Below, one piece after another: positions 1 through 11,025 of a stretch of DNA of 64,000 nt. Origin of the DNA: an uncultured Holophagales bacterium (GTDB lineage Bacteria > Acidobacteriota > Thermoanaerobaculia > Multivoradales > UBA5704); assembly GCA_963842525.1 (NCBI GenBank), contig CAWJGT010000003.1:896001-960000 (forward strand). Direction: 5' to 3'. Numbering within the stretch: the stretch's first letter is position 1; each line of letters begins with the position of its first letter. A program made the translations under genes and the position numbers. Below the pieces are notes generated by a model. The model did not search any database and was not told where the DNA came from. It saw nothing but the letters and a program-made list of their open reading frames with translations.

Positions 1-1502
1 GGTGCGCGGGCTCGCGATCGACCGCTTCGGCGCGGCGGGCATCGTCTCCTACGCCCAGAACCAGGTGACCGGCTGGTGGAAGGAGGACGAAAACCTCGTC
101 CGCTGGGGCCATTTCGGCACCTTCCCGCCGCCGCAGACGTTCGCCTTCATGGTCTCCCTGAAGCAGGCGCGGCCCTGGCAGGAGCGCCTCGGCCGCGGCG
201 AGCCGGTCCGCTCTGCGGGCGAGCGTCCGGGCGGGGCAGCACCCCGGCAGCTACGACATTGCCACGGCGCTGATTCCCGGCGCCGATCCCGCGCTGCGCG
301 ACCAGGAGATCGTCCTCTCCTGCCATCTCGACCATCTGCGGCCCGGTGCCAACGACAACGCGAGCGGCTGCGCCACGATCCTGGAGGTGGCCCGCACCCT
401 CGCCAAGCTGATCCGGGAGGGCAAGCTCGCGCCGCCGCGGCGGACGATCCGCTTCGTCTGGCCGCCCGAGATCGAAGGGACGATCGCGCTCCTCAACGCC
501 CGTCCGGAGATCGCCCGCCGCGCCAAGGCCGTGATCCACATGGACATGGTCGGGGGCGATCCCGAGATCACCAAGGCGATCTTCCATGTGACCCGTTCGC
601 CGAAGAGCCTCCCGACCTTCGTCAACGACGTGGCCGAGGCCTTTGGCCGTTTCGTGAACGAGCAGTCCGACGGCTTCGCGAGCACCAACGCCGCCGCGTA
701 TCCGCTGGTCGACGCCGAAGGGAGCAAGCGGGCGCTTCAGGCCGCCTTCGTCGACTTCACCGAAGGGAGCGATCACCAGGTCTGGACCGAGGGCTCCTGG
801 CGCATCCCCGCCATCTATCTGAACGACTGGCCGGACCGCTATATCCACACGAGCGGCGACGAGGTCGCCAACATCGACGCGACGAAGCTCCTGCGCGCCG
901 CGTTTCTGGGGAGTGCCAGCGCCTACTACCTTGCTAACCTCGACGCCTCCCAGGTGCCCGCGCTCTGGGAGGAGGTCCGTGGCCACGCTCTGGAGCGGAC
1001 CGCCGAGGCGCTGGCTCGCCGCGCTCAGCTCCGCGACAAGGCTGAGGCGGACAACCTGCTGCGCTTCCACTTCACCTACGAGCAGGGAGTGATCGATTCT
1101 CTGGCCGCCTTCGCCGAGGTGCCGGTGGAGGTCCGGCGCTCCTCCTCAACCTTCCTCGCGGGCCTCCGCGGGCTGGTGGGGGAGACCGCCGCGCCCGCGG
1201 CCTCCGGCGAGGCGGTCATCTATCGCCGTGCTCCGCAACCGAAAGGCCCCATGGGCGGCTTCGGCTACGACTACTTCGCGGACAAGACCGCCCAGCAGAA
1301 GATTCCCGCGCCCGCTCTGCTCCGCCATCAGGGGCTCTGGGGTGATGGATACGCCTATGAGGCCCTGAACCTGGTGGACGGCAAGAGGACCGTCCACCAG
1401 ATCCGCGACGACCTCGCGGCCATCTACGGCCCGGTGCCGCTCGCGGCCGTGGCCGAATACCTCCAGGCGCTGGCGAAGATCGGGGTGCTGGTCACGCCCT
1501 GA
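1..1502 (+). CDS. M28-family metallopeptidase (DUF4910-like), 5'-truncated by window edge, apparent +1 frameshift near 212
   Basis: Joined frames give CHLDH, GANDNASG, PPEIEG, HMDMVG and IHTS zinc-peptidase motifs. The N-terminal part lies in ORF 2..937 and the remainder in the frame of 387..1502. Confidence 0.8.
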
Positions 1503-1508
1503 GCCTCG

Positions 1509-4046
1509 TCAGTGGTTGAAGCGGTAGTTGAGCCGGGCGAAGTAGTAGCCTCCGTTGATGCCGAACGGCAGCGTCTCCCAGCCGTAGACGAACCCGAGCT
1601 GGGGGAACGGGAAGGCCTGCACCGTATCCCAATTGTCCGGATATTCGTCGAAGATGTTGAGGCCGCCGACGGTCAGCTTCAGCTTGTCCGTCAGGTTGTA
1701 GCCGATCGAGAGGTCGGTGAGCCACTTGCCGCCCCACGTCTGCTTGAAGCCGGGCGTGAAGCCCTCTCCCGCGACCTCGCCGAAGTAGTTGAAGCGGAGA
1801 TTGGTCGTCAAGGGACCGCGGTAGTACGTGCCGCTCAGCACGTAGTGCTGTCTCGGCTGGCCTTCCTCGATCAGGGTCACCTGCGCCTGGTCGAACAACA
1901 CTGCCGGCGGCAGGATGTCGGAGGACGACCGGCGGTCGGTGACCTCCGTCTTGTTGAAGTGGAAGGCGCCTTCCAACAGCAGGACCGATTCGCTGCCGAG
2001 CTTCAAGTCGTACAGCGCGACGACGTCCAGGCCGGTGGTCTCGGTGTCGATGGCGTTGGTGAAGAAGAGGACCTGGCCCACACCCAGCGGATCGAGGATC
2101 GCCCGGATCGGGCAGCGGCTGGGGTTGAACGGGGTGCCGCAGCCGGACGCGTCCTCCGGCTGGATGTTGCTCGAGAAAACGATGCGGTCGTCGATGTTGA
2201 TCCGGTAGAGGTCAGCGGTGACACGGAAGGCCTCAGAAGGCTTGGCGACCATTCCGATCGAATAGTTGAGGGAGGTCTCTTCCTTGAGCGCCGGGATGCC
2301 GAAGGCGCGGGTCACGGCGCTGTCCTGGCGCGCCGTGAGCGTGTCGGTGAGCACGCCGGCGGCGTTCAGGTTGGTCGAGCGCTGGCTGTAGAAGGTCTGC
2401 TGGACGCCCGGCGCCCGGAAGCCCGTGGAGACCGTGCCGCGCAGCGAAAAGGCCTCGGTGAAATCGAAACGGCCCGACAGCTTGCCGGTGACGGTGCTGC
2501 CGAAATCCGAGTAGTCCTCGAAGCGCACGGCCGCTCCGGCCAGGAAGCGCGACGTCAGGTTGGATTCGAGGTCGACGTACACCGCGGCGTTCCGGCGGCC
2601 GTCGTCCACCGCCTCGAGGGGCGACCATCCCGGAAAGCCCTGGGCGCCCGGCTGCGCGATGGCGCCGGTCTGATCGAGGATGCGGATGTTGCGGTTGTTG
2701 GTGCGGCCATACTCGTAGGAGACCTCGTCCCCGGCCTCGATCTTGTAATTCTCGTCGCGCCACTCCGCGCCGGTGGCGACGAAGACCGATCCGATCTTGC
2801 CAGTGAAGTCCAGGGTGAAGCTGAGCTGGTCGAGGCTCAGGGTCCCGGTGTCCGCCGAGGTCGGCGACTCCTCGAACCGCGGACCTGAGGGGTTGTTGGG
2901 ATCGCGCGGCTCGTACCAGTAGCTGACGTTGACGGTGTTCTCCTCGCGGAACTTGAATTCGTTCCGGCCATAGTTGACCGCGACGTCGTAGTTCCAGCCG
3001 TTGCCGAAGCCGGCGCGGTAGCCCGCGACGAGGGAGGTGTCGGTCGGCTCGGTGATGATCGTCGGCAGGAAGCCGTTCGGATAGATGGCCGGCACGGTCC
3101 TGCCGTCGCCGCTCGTGCGGAAGAAGCCCGAGGAGTTGCCCTCGCGATTGGACCAGCCGCCGAAGGCGTAGAGCCTGCCGTTGCCGGCGGGGACCTCGGC
3201 ATTGAGCCAGACCGAGGCGTCTTTGGCGTCGGGGTCTCCGATGCGCTGCGTGACCTGGGGAGGGCTGACGCGCAGCGAATCCGGCCCGGCGCGGTTCGTC
3301 TCGCCGCGGTCCCTGTATTCGGCGGTGAGGTTGACAAAGCCGTCCGTGCCGAGGGCATAGCCGGTGTTGAGCCCGGTCATGAAGCTCGTGCCGTCTCCCT
3401 CGTAGGTCTGGCCTCCGTCGAGGGTGAGATCGGTGGCCGTCGTCTGCTTCTTGAGGATGATGTTGATCACGCCGGCAATGGCGTCGGAGCCATATTGGGC
3501 GGCGGCGCCGTCCCGTAGGACCTCGATGCGCTCGATGGACGAGACGGGAATGGAATTGATGTCGTAGCCCGCGGAGCCGCGGGCAATGGTCTGCTGGACG
3601 TTGAGCAGCGACTGCTGGTGCCGGCGCTTGCCGTTGACGAGGACCAGGACCTGGTCGGGGCCGAGGGCGCGCAGCGTGGCCGGCCGGATGATGTCGGTGC
3701 CGTCGCTGATGGTGGTGGAGGAGAAATTGAAGGAGGGCGCCAGCAGTTGGAGGACCCTGCCGGTCTCCGTGGCCCCGGTGCTCTCGATGGCCGCGGAGTC
3801 GATGATGTCCACGGGCGCCGGCGTGTCGGTCGCGCTCCGCCCTTCGACGCGCGTGCCGGTGACGGTGATCTCCTCCTCGAACTCCCTCTCCTCCGGCTGC
3901 GGCTCCTCGGCCGGCTGCTGCTCTTCCTCCTGGTCCGGCGGCGGCTGCGGCTCCTGCGCCCGCACCCCGGGCGGCTGAACCCACAGAGCTCCCGCCACGA
4001 CGGCGATGACGACCCACTTCCGGTGCAGAGAGTGATCGCTGATCAT
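1509..4046 (-). CDS. TonB-dependent outer-membrane receptor
   Basis: Signal peptide, EEITVTG TonB box, plug motifs (LVLVNGKR, IERIEVLRDGAAAQYGSDAIAGVINIILK), C-terminal aromatic beta strand. ATG at 4046 follows GGAGG. Confidence 0.93.
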   Translation of the reverse strand: MISDHSLHRKWVVIAVVAGALWVQPPGVRAQEPQPPPDQEEEQQPAEEPQPEEREFEEEITVTGTRVEGRSATDTPAPVDIIDSAAIESTGATETGRVLQLLAPSFNFSSTTISDGTDIIRPATLRALGPDQVLVLVNGKRRHQQSLLNVQQTIARGSAGYDINSIPVSSIERIEVLRDGAAAQYGSDAIAGVINIILKKQTTATDLTLDGGQTYEGDGTSFMTGLNTGYALGTDGFVNLTAEYRDRGETNRAGPDSLRVSPPQVTQRIGDPDAKDASVWLNAEVPAGNGRLYAFGGWSNREGNSSGFFRTSGDGRTVPAIYPNGFLPTIITEPTDTSLVAGYRAGFGNGWNYDVAVNYGRNEFKFREENTVNVSYWYEPRDPNNPSGPRFEESPTSADTGTLSLDQLSFTLDFTGKIGSVFVATGAEWRDENYKIEAGDEVSYEYGRTNNRNIRILDQTGAIAQPGAQGFPGWSPLEAVDDGRRNAAVYVDLESNLTSRFLAGAAVRFEDYSDFGSTVTGKLSGRFDFTEAFSLRGTVSTGFRAPGVQQTFYSQRSTNLNAAGVLTDTLTARQDSAVTRAFGIPALKEETSLNYSIGMVAKPSEAFRVTADLYRINIDDRIVFSSNIQPEDASGCGTPFNPSRCPIRAILDPLGVGQVLFFTNAIDTETTGLDVVALYDLKLGSESVLLLEGAFHFNKTEVTDRRSSSDILPPAVLFDQAQVTLIEEGQPRQHYVLSGTYYRGPLTTNLRFNYFGEVAGEGFTPGFKQTWGGKWLTDLSIGYNLTDKLKLTVGGLNIFDEYPDNWDTVQAFPFPQLGFVYGWETLPFGINGGYYFARLNYRFNH

Positions 4047-4119
4047 CGTCCTTGGTCCTCCAAGTGATTCAGCTAATGGCGCATCCCTTCTACACCCTCC
4101 GGGCGCTTCCGTCAACCGC

Positions 4120-4707
4120 TCACCACCGGTAGTGGCCGATGATTTTGAAGGAGAGGAGGATGTCTTCGTTCTGGGCGCCGGCGCCGATGTTGTGGATCAT
4201 CGAGTGGCGGTTGGTGCGGGGAACGCGGTCTTCGGCCACGATCCCGATGTGGTAGAGGTTGTTGGGCAGTTGCCAGGCGACCACGTCCCCGGGCTCGTAG
4301 GGGGCATCCAGAGGCAGATGCTTCCCCTTGCGCTGCAAGAAGCGCATGAGGTTGGGCACCCGGCGGTGGTCGATGTTGCGGTCCGGGCTCCGCAGCCCCC
4401 AATTGCGCGGGTAGGCCGAGAAATTCCTCTTCATGTCCTGGTGCAGCTCGACCTGCAGATCGACGCCGATCGTGCGGAAGGCCCGGACGACCACGTCCGC
4501 GCAGACGCCCGTGTCGAGGGGGACGTCGCCGTTCGGATAGCCAAGCCGCACGTAGGAGGGGTCGTACCGGGTCGTCACCCCCACCTGCCGGGCCGCGGCG
4601 GCGGCGAGAGCCCTCCCGGTCGGGGCACGTTCGCCTGCAGTCGGGCTCGCCAGCGCCGCGAGGAGCAGCAGCGCTCCGGCCGTCCTGGTCTTGTCCATGA
4701 CCTTCAT
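4120..4707 (-). CDS. DUF1287 (YijF-like) exported protein
   Basis: YDPSY..L.YPNGDVP...GVCADVVVRA and NIDHRRVPNL motifs typical of DUF1287. Confidence 0.88.
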   Translation of the reverse strand: MKVMDKTRTAGALLLLAALASPTAGERAPTGRALAAAAARQVGVTTRYDPSYVRLGYPNGDVPLDTGVCADVVVRAFRTIGVDLQVELHQDMKRNFSAYPRNWGLRSPDRNIDHRRVPNLMRFLQRKGKHLPLDAPYEPGDVVAWQLPNNLYHIGIVAEDRVPRTNRHSMIHNIGAGAQNEDILLSFKIIGHYRW

Positions 4708-4805
4708 TCTATCTGCTTGGTACGTTCCTTGCTATAGACAGATGTGATGGGCCGGCGCTGGAGCCGGCTTCTGAAGATCTCGTGATTTCGAGAGAGGAAC
4801 ACAAC

Positions 4806-5327
4806 ATGAAACTGTCCAAGCTCATGGCTGTTCTGTTGATGACGATGCTTCCGCTCGCCTTCGCCTGCAAGACCCAGGAAGAGGCGGCGGTCGACGATGT
4901 GGACGATACCGCGTCGACGACGAGTGAGCAGGAGGTGGCAGGGGTGGACCAGCCGGGCGACCTGAACCCGGTCGAGGCCCAGGCGATGGTCGACGACGTG
5001 ACGATCGGCAAGAAGGTCGGCGCCGACGGCATGATCGCGACCGAGGACCAGGGCGACGACTTCGCTCCGGGCGATACCGTCTACGTCACCATGAACGTCG
5101 CGGATACGTCTGCGGGCTCGGCGGTGAAGGTGGCCTGGTATGGCCCCGGCGAGACCAAGATCAACGACGAGGAGAAGTCGGTTGCAACCGGCGACAAGTA
5201 CCTGACCTTCCAGGCTGATACGGCGAGCTGGGCGAAGGGCGACTACCGCGCCGAGGTCTGGATCGGAGACGAGAAGGTCAACACCCAGCAGTTCCAGATC
5301 GTGGACGCGGAAAACGCCGGCAAGTAA
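4806..5327 (+). CDS. Putative lipoprotein with C-terminal beta-sandwich-like domain
   Basis: RBS GAGGA, lipobox LAFA-C, acidic linker, GC-rich codon usage. Confidence 0.75.
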   Translation: MKLSKLMAVLLMTMLPLAFACKTQEEAAVDDVDDTASTTSEQEVAGVDQPGDLNPVEAQAMVDDVTIGKKVGADGMIATEDQGDDFAPGDTVYVTMNVADTSAGSAVKVAWYGPGETKINDEEKSVATGDKYLTFQADTASWAKGDYRAEVWIGDEKVNTQQFQIVDAENAGK

Positions 5328-5362
5328 CAGCCTGGAGCCCTTCCCTTTTCTCCCTGGACCAC

Positions 5363-5393
5363 GGCGGCGGATTGCGCCGCCTTTTTTATTTTT
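5363..5393 (+). terminator. Intrinsic terminator
   Basis: GGCGGCG-gattg-CGCCGCC hairpin followed by TTTTTTATTTTT, between convergent genes. Confidence 0.8.
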
Positions 5394-8300
5394 GGACCAC
5401 GGAGCCGTACTCCCTGGCGAGGAGAGGGTTTGCCGCCAGGGCTTTTCTCAGCGAGGCAGCCGCCTCGTCGAGGCGGACACGGCGGCGGGAGGGGTCGGCC
5501 TCCAGTCCTGCGGCGAGGCGCTGGAGGAGCCCTTGGAGGGCCAGGGCGTTCGATTCGTCGGGATTGATGGCGAGGGCCTTGCCGGTGCGGGCGATGCCCT
5601 CCCGGAGATCGGCCTCGGGCCGGCCGCCCCGGGCGAGCGTCCCTTCGGCCCGATAGCGGCACACCTGCGCCTGGGCGAGGTAGATGTCTGGAGAGCCCGG
5701 GTTCAGGGCCGCTGCCTTCCGCAGGTCCTCTTCTGCCTCCTGGAACGCGCGGTCGGGGTCTCTCTTCTGCCCGAGGGCCCAGCGGGCGGCGACGAGATGG
5801 ATCCTGGCGCGCTCCAGAAATCCGTCGGCATCGTCGGGATTGAGCCCGATGTATCGGTCAACATGAGATTCGGCGGTGCGGACCTCCGCGCTCGGGTCCT
5901 CCCCCCGCGCGCGGAGCGCCTCTGCCAGAGACCGGTGGGTGTAGGCCAGGTTGTAGATTCCGACACCGTAGTCGGGAAAACGGTTGACGGCCTCCTGAAA
6001 GCTGTCCGCCGCCTTGCGGAGATCCGGCCGCGGATCGCCTCCTCTCGGTGTCAGGTACTCGGCCAGGATCAGATGGCTGTTCCCCAGGTTGTTGTAGGCC
6101 GAGGGGCGCTCGGGGTTGACCTGGAGGGCGTGCCCCAGGACCGAGACGGCGTTCCGGGTCGCCTCGGAAGGATCCAGGCCGTGGGCACTATGGTATTCGG
6201 CGATGTCGCTCCAGGCTGCTCCCTGGTTGCTGAGAGCCTGGAAATATCCAGGGCTCACCGCGAGGCTACGGTCCCAGGCTGCGATGGCCTGGCGGGTGAC
6301 AGGCCGGGGATCGAGGCCTCGCCGGTCCTGGTCGCGGGCAAGCCGGAGCCGTGTGAGGCCGAGCTCGTTGTAGTTCGGGGCAACCTCGGGCTCCAGCTCG
6401 ATGGTCTGCTGGGCCGCCGCGATAGAACGTTGGTAGGCGGGGACCGGATCGGCCCCATGGTCCGCCTCCCACTGCCCCTGGAGACGCCAGCAGGCGGCGA
6501 TCGTCTTGTGGGCTCGGGCGAGCCTCGGCTGGACCGCGAGAGCCCGCTCCGCCCGCCGCATGGCGTCCACCAGACCGGGCCGGGGGTCGGTCCCCGTCCG
6601 CTGCTTGCGGTCCGCACGCCCATACAGCAGCCAGGCCTGATAGCTGAGGGCGTCGGCCAGCTCGGGGTCGACCTCAAGCGCCTGGTCGCAGGCCGCCAGG
6701 GCGGAGTCCTCCTCGTCCAGTGAGAATCTGCCGAGATTGCTCAGCACCCCGATCCGCCGGATCTGGCGCCAGCATTCGCCGGCGTGCAGAGGCGCGTTGC
6801 TCGGGACAATCGAAAGGAGCTTGCCATAGATGCCTCCCGCGCGATCGAAGGAGAGGAGGGCCTCTTCGCTACGGCCCTCTGCGGCCAGATCGTCGGCGCG
6901 GGATGCCCAGGCCTCAGCCTCCAGTTGCACGGCTTCGTACAGCAGCGGGTCCCGGTGCGCCGCCTGGCTCGCCTTCCGGACAGCTTCCTCGTAGCGCCCT
7001 TTGTAAAAAGCGATCAGGGCCGCAATGTAGGGGGTCTGCTGGGATCTGTCCCGATAGGCCTCTTCCAGGCGAGCGAGGGCTGGCTGGCGATAGGTCCGCC
7101 CCATCTCCTGCCGCGCGTCCTTGCGGGCATCTCCCCGGCTGCTGCTGGCGTCGACCAGGGCCTTCTCGTAAACGAGGCCGAGGGCCCGGCCCAGGGCGGC
7201 GGCCACCTCGGGGTTGCGTTCGCCTGCGTTCCACGCCTTCTCCAGGTGAGACCGCGCGGGCTCGGGCTGGCCGAGGGCGAGGTACGCCTGGCCGAGCGCC
7301 CAATGGCCCGGTCCTACGGCGATCGGCCCCAGGTGCTCCATCTCGCGGCGGATCTCGTCGAGCTCGCTGCGGAGCGCCCGTTTCGAAGCGGTCACGTCGT
7401 GCTTGGGGAGGAGCGATTCGGCGCGCACCCGCCAGCCGATCTCGGTCACCCGTTGGCCGAAGCGTTGCGCGAGGGCGGCCCGCTCGCGGGCCTGCCAGCG
7501 GGTGCGGACGATGGCGGCGCCGAGGACGAGGAGGGCCACGATGGCGGTCGCCGTCACGACGGCCAGCGCGCGGTTCTTGCGCAGCCGCTTGCCGGCCCGG
7601 TACGACCAGCTCGCGGGCCGTGCCTCGATCGGCTCGCCGTCCAGCCAGCGGTCGAGGTCGTCGGCCAGGGCGCGCGCCGATTCGTAGCGCCGGTCCGGAT
7701 TCTTCTCGATGCACTTGTGGATGATGGTCCCGAGGTCGGCGGCGACCGCCGGGGCGAGCTTGCGCAGCGGGACCGGGTCCTCCTGGATCACCCGAACCAG
7801 GGTGCTGGCCGGGTTGGGTCCTGCGAAAGGAGGCGATCCGGCGAGGAGCTCGTAGAGGACGATGCCGAGGCTGTAGACGTCGGTCCGCCGGTCGAGGGAG
7901 AGGCCTTGCGCCTGCTCCGGCGAGAGGTAGGCCGGGGTGCCGGTGATCACCCCGGTGCGGGTCAGGGCCGCGTCCCCCTGGTCCTGCGCCAGGCCGAAGT
8001 CGACGACGTAGGGGTGGTGCTCCCCGGCCTCGCCGGTCGCCACCAGGATGTTGGCCGGCTTCAAGTCGCGGTGGATCAGGCCGGTCCTGTGGGCCGCATG
8101 GACCGCCCGCGCCACGTCGCGCACGAGGCGGACCGCGAGCTCGGGCGCGATCCTGCCGCGCAGCTCCGAGAGGCTCCGCCCCTCGATGTACTGCATGGCG
8201 ATGTACGGACGGCCCTCGACCTCGCCGACCTCGTGGACCTGGCACAGATGGGGGTGCTCGACGCGCGCCTGCGCCTGGGCCTCGCGCAGGAAGCGCTCGA

Positions 8301-8532
8301 CCTGGACCTCGTCGTTGCGGTGAAGGAATTTGAGCGCGACCCGGCGGTTGAGGGAGGGATCGAAGGCCCGGAACACGGTGCCCATGCCCCCGGTGCCGAG
8401 GAGGCGCTCGATCCGGTAGCGCGGCCAATTGGCGAGGAAACGGTAATCCGCGGGGAACAGAGGCCCGAGACGGCCCTCGGTGGGTGGCTCCATGTGTAAA
8501 GGCTCAGGGGGAAAGGCTGCTCTGAGGAGCAT
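5386..8532 (-). CDS. Hanks-type Ser/Thr protein kinase with TM helix and TPR repeats
   Basis: LGTGGMGTV, VALK, HRDLKPANI, DFGLA, GTPAYLSPEQ motifs, then a hydrophobic helix and TPR-like repeats (e.g. SAYNNLGNSH). Confidence 0.93.
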   Translation of the reverse strand: MLLRAAFPPEPLHMEPPTEGRLGPLFPADYRFLANWPRYRIERLLGTGGMGTVFRAFDPSLNRRVALKFLHRNDEVQVERFLREAQAQARVEHPHLCQVHEVGEVEGRPYIAMQYIEGRSLSELRGRIAPELAVRLVRDVARAVHAAHRTGLIHRDLKPANILVATGEAGEHHPYVVDFGLAQDQGDAALTRTGVITGTPAYLSPEQAQGLSLDRRTDVYSLGIVLYELLAGSPPFAGPNPASTLVRVIQEDPVPLRKLAPAVAADLGTIIHKCIEKNPDRRYESARALADDLDRWLDGEPIEARPASWSYRAGKRLRKNRALAVVTATAIVALLVLGAAIVRTRWQARERAALAQRFGQRVTEIGWRVRAESLLPKHDVTASKRALRSELDEIRREMEHLGPIAVGPGHWALGQAYLALGQPEPARSHLEKAWNAGERNPEVAAALGRALGLVYEKALVDASSSRGDARKDARQEMGRTYRQPALARLEEAYRDRSQQTPYIAALIAFYKGRYEEAVRKASQAAHRDPLLYEAVQLEAEAWASRADDLAAEGRSEEALLSFDRAGGIYGKLLSIVPSNAPLHAGECWRQIRRIGVLSNLGRFSLDEEDSALAACDQALEVDPELADALSYQAWLLYGRADRKQRTGTDPRPGLVDAMRRAERALAVQPRLARAHKTIAACWRLQGQWEADHGADPVPAYQRSIAAAQQTIELEPEVAPNYNELGLTRLRLARDQDRRGLDPRPVTRQAIAAWDRSLAVSPGYFQALSNQGAAWSDIAEYHSAHGLDPSEATRNAVSVLGHALQVNPERPSAYNNLGNSHLILAEYLTPRGGDPRPDLRKAADSFQEAVNRFPDYGVGIYNLAYTHRSLAEALRARGEDPSAEVRTAESHVDRYIGLNPDDADGFLERARIHLVAARWALGQKRDPDRAFQEAEEDLRKAAALNPGSPDIYLAQAQVCRYRAEGTLARGGRPEADLREGIARTGKALAINPDESNALALQGLLQRLAAGLEADPSRRRVRLDEAAASLRKALAANPLLAREYGSVVQK

Positions 8533-8536
8533 AGCA

Positions 8537-8744
8537 GAACCTCACCCCCTGTCCCCCTCTCCCATCGCCCCCCCTTCCTCCGGGAGAGGGGGAACGTTGT
8601 TGGTGCTCTGAAGGGATAGCTGGCAGTTCCTTCTCAGAGGCTCTTTTTCTCAAGGCCTCGACCTTGCCTCCAAGCTCCCAGCTACGTCCCCCCTCTCCCG
8701 GTCGGTGGGGGGGCGATGGGAGAGGGGGACAGGGGGTGAGGTTC
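8537..8744. repeat. REP/MITE-like palindromic element (family A: CCTCACCCCC..CCCCTCTCCC..GGGAGAGGGG)
   Basis: About 38-bp terminal inverted repeats (GAACCTCACCCCCTGTCCCCCTCTCCCATCGCCCCCCC and its complement) with internal hairpins, intergenic. Confidence 0.8.
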
Positions 8745-8809
8745 CCGCCCGTGCACCCCCTGACTTTGACCGGCTCCTGCCTTTCTGACTGCGATACCAT
8801 CGTCCCGCC

Positions 8810-10432
8810 TTGAACCCCCCATCCCCCGACCTCCGGCTTCGCTGGACGGCCCTGGCCGTCGCGGTCACCACCGCCCTGATTCGCCTGCCGTTCGCGGCCC
8901 GCCGGATGTGGGACCACGACTCGGTCCAGTTCGCGCTCGGGGTGGAGCGCTTCGATCTCGCCGCCCACCATCCGCACCCACCCGGCTACCCGCTCTACAT
9001 CGGCATCCTGAAGCTGCTGGCCGCCGTAGGCGTCGACCCCCTGCATGGCATGGTCGCGCTCGCCATTCTGGGAGGGGGGCTCGGAGCCGGCTGCATCGTC
9101 CTGCTCACTGCCCGTCTCCTCCGCCCGATCGACGTTTCCCCTCTCCCGGCCGCTCTCTTCGCCGGCGCCCTCTACGCCACCAACCCGCTGCTCTGGTTCT
9201 ATGGCGAGCTGCCGCTGATCTACGCTCTCGAAGGAGGCATCACCGTCCTCCTCGCCTGGCTGGCTGTGCGCATGGAAGACGGGCGCCTCTCCTTCCTCCT
9301 CGCCTGCGCCGCCTTTGCTTTGGCCGGAGGGCTGCGGCAGTCGACGATGGTCCTGCTCGCGCCGCTCTTCCTCTTCGGACTGTGGCGGACCTGGCGGCGG
9401 GGGAGGCTGCCCCCGGGGCTCTTTTTCGGCGGAGCCGGTCTCGGAGCGGTGCTCGTGCTCGCCTGGCTGGTGCCGCTCTGCCGCGCCGCGGGCGGGTACG
9501 GAGCTTACCGCCGCATCGGCGCGGAGCACTTCGGGACCCTCCTGCCGGAGACCTCGATCCTCTACGGCGCCGGCTGGGGCGCGCTCGCGCACAATGTGGA
9601 GGTCCTGGTGAAGTGGGCGCTTCAGGGGGTCTTCCCCGGGGCGGTGGCGCTCGTCCTGCTCTGGATGACGGTTCCCGGCCGGATCGTTCCTGGGCTGAAG
9701 CTCCTCGCCTCCCGGCTCCCCTGGCTCCTCGCCTGGGCGCTTCCGCCGATCCTGTTCTTCGCCCTCTTCCACGTCACCAAGGCCGGGTACACCCTGATCC
9801 ATCTACCCGCCCTGCTGACGGCCCTGGCCCTGGCTGCGGCGCCGGCCTTGTCCGCGAGCCGGACCCGGACGGTGGCCGGGACGATCCTCGCCGCGGCGGT
9901 CGGCGCCGGGCTCTTCCTTTTCGGAGCCGACCGCCGTCCCGACCAGCCCCGGTGGTGGGCGGTGGTCCGCCACGAGCATAACCGCGGCGCGATCGCAGAC
10001 TTCGAGAGCGGCCTCGACCGGCTGCTGGCGGCGGTTCGGCGCTACCCGTCCGGCGAGACCGTTCTGGCGGCGGTCGAGCTGTCGGGGACCGGACCGTCCG
10101 GCGCAGACGGGTTCCTCTATCCCTGGCACCGGCATCTGCAGTGGTACCTCCCCGAGTATCCGGTCCTGCTGCTCGTCCCGGAAGAGCGCTTCGCTCTGAT
10201 GGGGGAGGGGCACCGGCCGCTCCAGCGCGAGGAGGGCCGGATCGAGGTGCCGCCGGCCACACGGCGCATCCTGTTCGTCCTCTCCGCTCCGACCGGCGCA
10301 CGGCTGCCTCTGCCACCCGGCTCCCTCGAACGCATGGGGGACGGCCTCTATCTACTCGCGGTACCTTTCCGCGGCAGCCTGCGGGCCGGGCCGCTCGTGC
10401 TCGTCCCTGCGCGGGCGCGTGACGCGGCATGA
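8810..10432 (+). CDS. Multi-pass membrane protein, GT-C fold (DUF2723/ArnT/PMT-like) glycosyltransferase
   Basis: WDHDSVQF...HPHPPGYPLY first periplasmic loop, TNPLLWFY, many TM helices. Confidence 0.65.
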   Translation: MNPPSPDLRLRWTALAVAVTTALIRLPFAARRMWDHDSVQFALGVERFDLAAHHPHPPGYPLYIGILKLLAAVGVDPLHGMVALAILGGGLGAGCIVLLTARLLRPIDVSPLPAALFAGALYATNPLLWFYGELPLIYALEGGITVLLAWLAVRMEDGRLSFLLACAAFALAGGLRQSTMVLLAPLFLFGLWRTWRRGRLPPGLFFGGAGLGAVLVLAWLVPLCRAAGGYGAYRRIGAEHFGTLLPETSILYGAGWGALAHNVEVLVKWALQGVFPGAVALVLLWMTVPGRIVPGLKLLASRLPWLLAWALPPILFFALFHVTKAGYTLIHLPALLTALALAAAPALSASRTRTVAGTILAAAVGAGLFLFGADRRPDQPRWWAVVRHEHNRGAIADFESGLDRLLAAVRRYPSGETVLAAVELSGTGPSGADGFLYPWHRHLQWYLPEYPVLLLVPEERFALMGEGHRPLQREEGRIEVPPATRRILFVLSAPTGARLPLPPGSLERMGDGLYLLAVPFRGSLRAGPLVLVPARARDAA

Positions 10433-10473
10433 GACAATCGGCTCCAGACAAGCAAGGAGGTGGAGGTCGTGCG

Positions 10474-11025
10474 ATGAGAAACCGGCTCCGTCTGGGTCTC
10501 GGCCGGACTCTCCTGGCTCTTCTCTCGGGGCTCTGCCTCGTGCCGGCGGCGGCCGACGAGCCAAGCCGTTGGCGCGACCGGATCACCGAGGAGCAGGGGA
10601 TCGACTACCGGGGTGGCGATTACCATTCGTTCCGCGCTCGCAATGTGAGCGCCTGCAGGTCCGCGTGCCGGCGGGACGACCGCTGCCGGGCCTACACGCA
10701 CAACCTGGAGACCGACACCTGCTACCTCAAGGACCGGCTCGGCAGCCCAGAGGGTCGGCGGAGCACGGTCAGCGGGGTCAAGGAGGAGCGGGGATGGTCC
10801 GGCGTCGGGCCTCACCGAGAAGACGGGGCGTCGATTACAGGGGCGGCGACTACGACTCCTTCCGCACGCGCAGCCTCTCTGCCTGCAATCGGCCTGTGGG
10901 CGGGACGGCCGGTGCCGGGCCTATACCCATAACGAAAAGACCGATACCTGCTACCTGAAAGGCCGGATCGGCGATTCCCAGAAACCGGCGTGAAACCACG
11001 AGCGGTGTCAAGACGCGGCGGTTGA
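10474..11025 (+). CDS. Secreted protein with two tandem PAN/Apple domains (frameshifted in second copy)
   Basis: Signal peptide, then DYRGGDY.SFR.R.(V/L)SAC.SAC.RD.RCRAYTHN..TDTCYLK..G....(S/T)(T/V)SGVK twice. The second copy is split across frames. Confidence 0.7.

Noticed and set aside
4047-4119. Riboswitch upstream of the TonB-dependent receptor
   Set aside because: The gap is only about 70 bp and has no recognisable cobalamin or TPP motifs.
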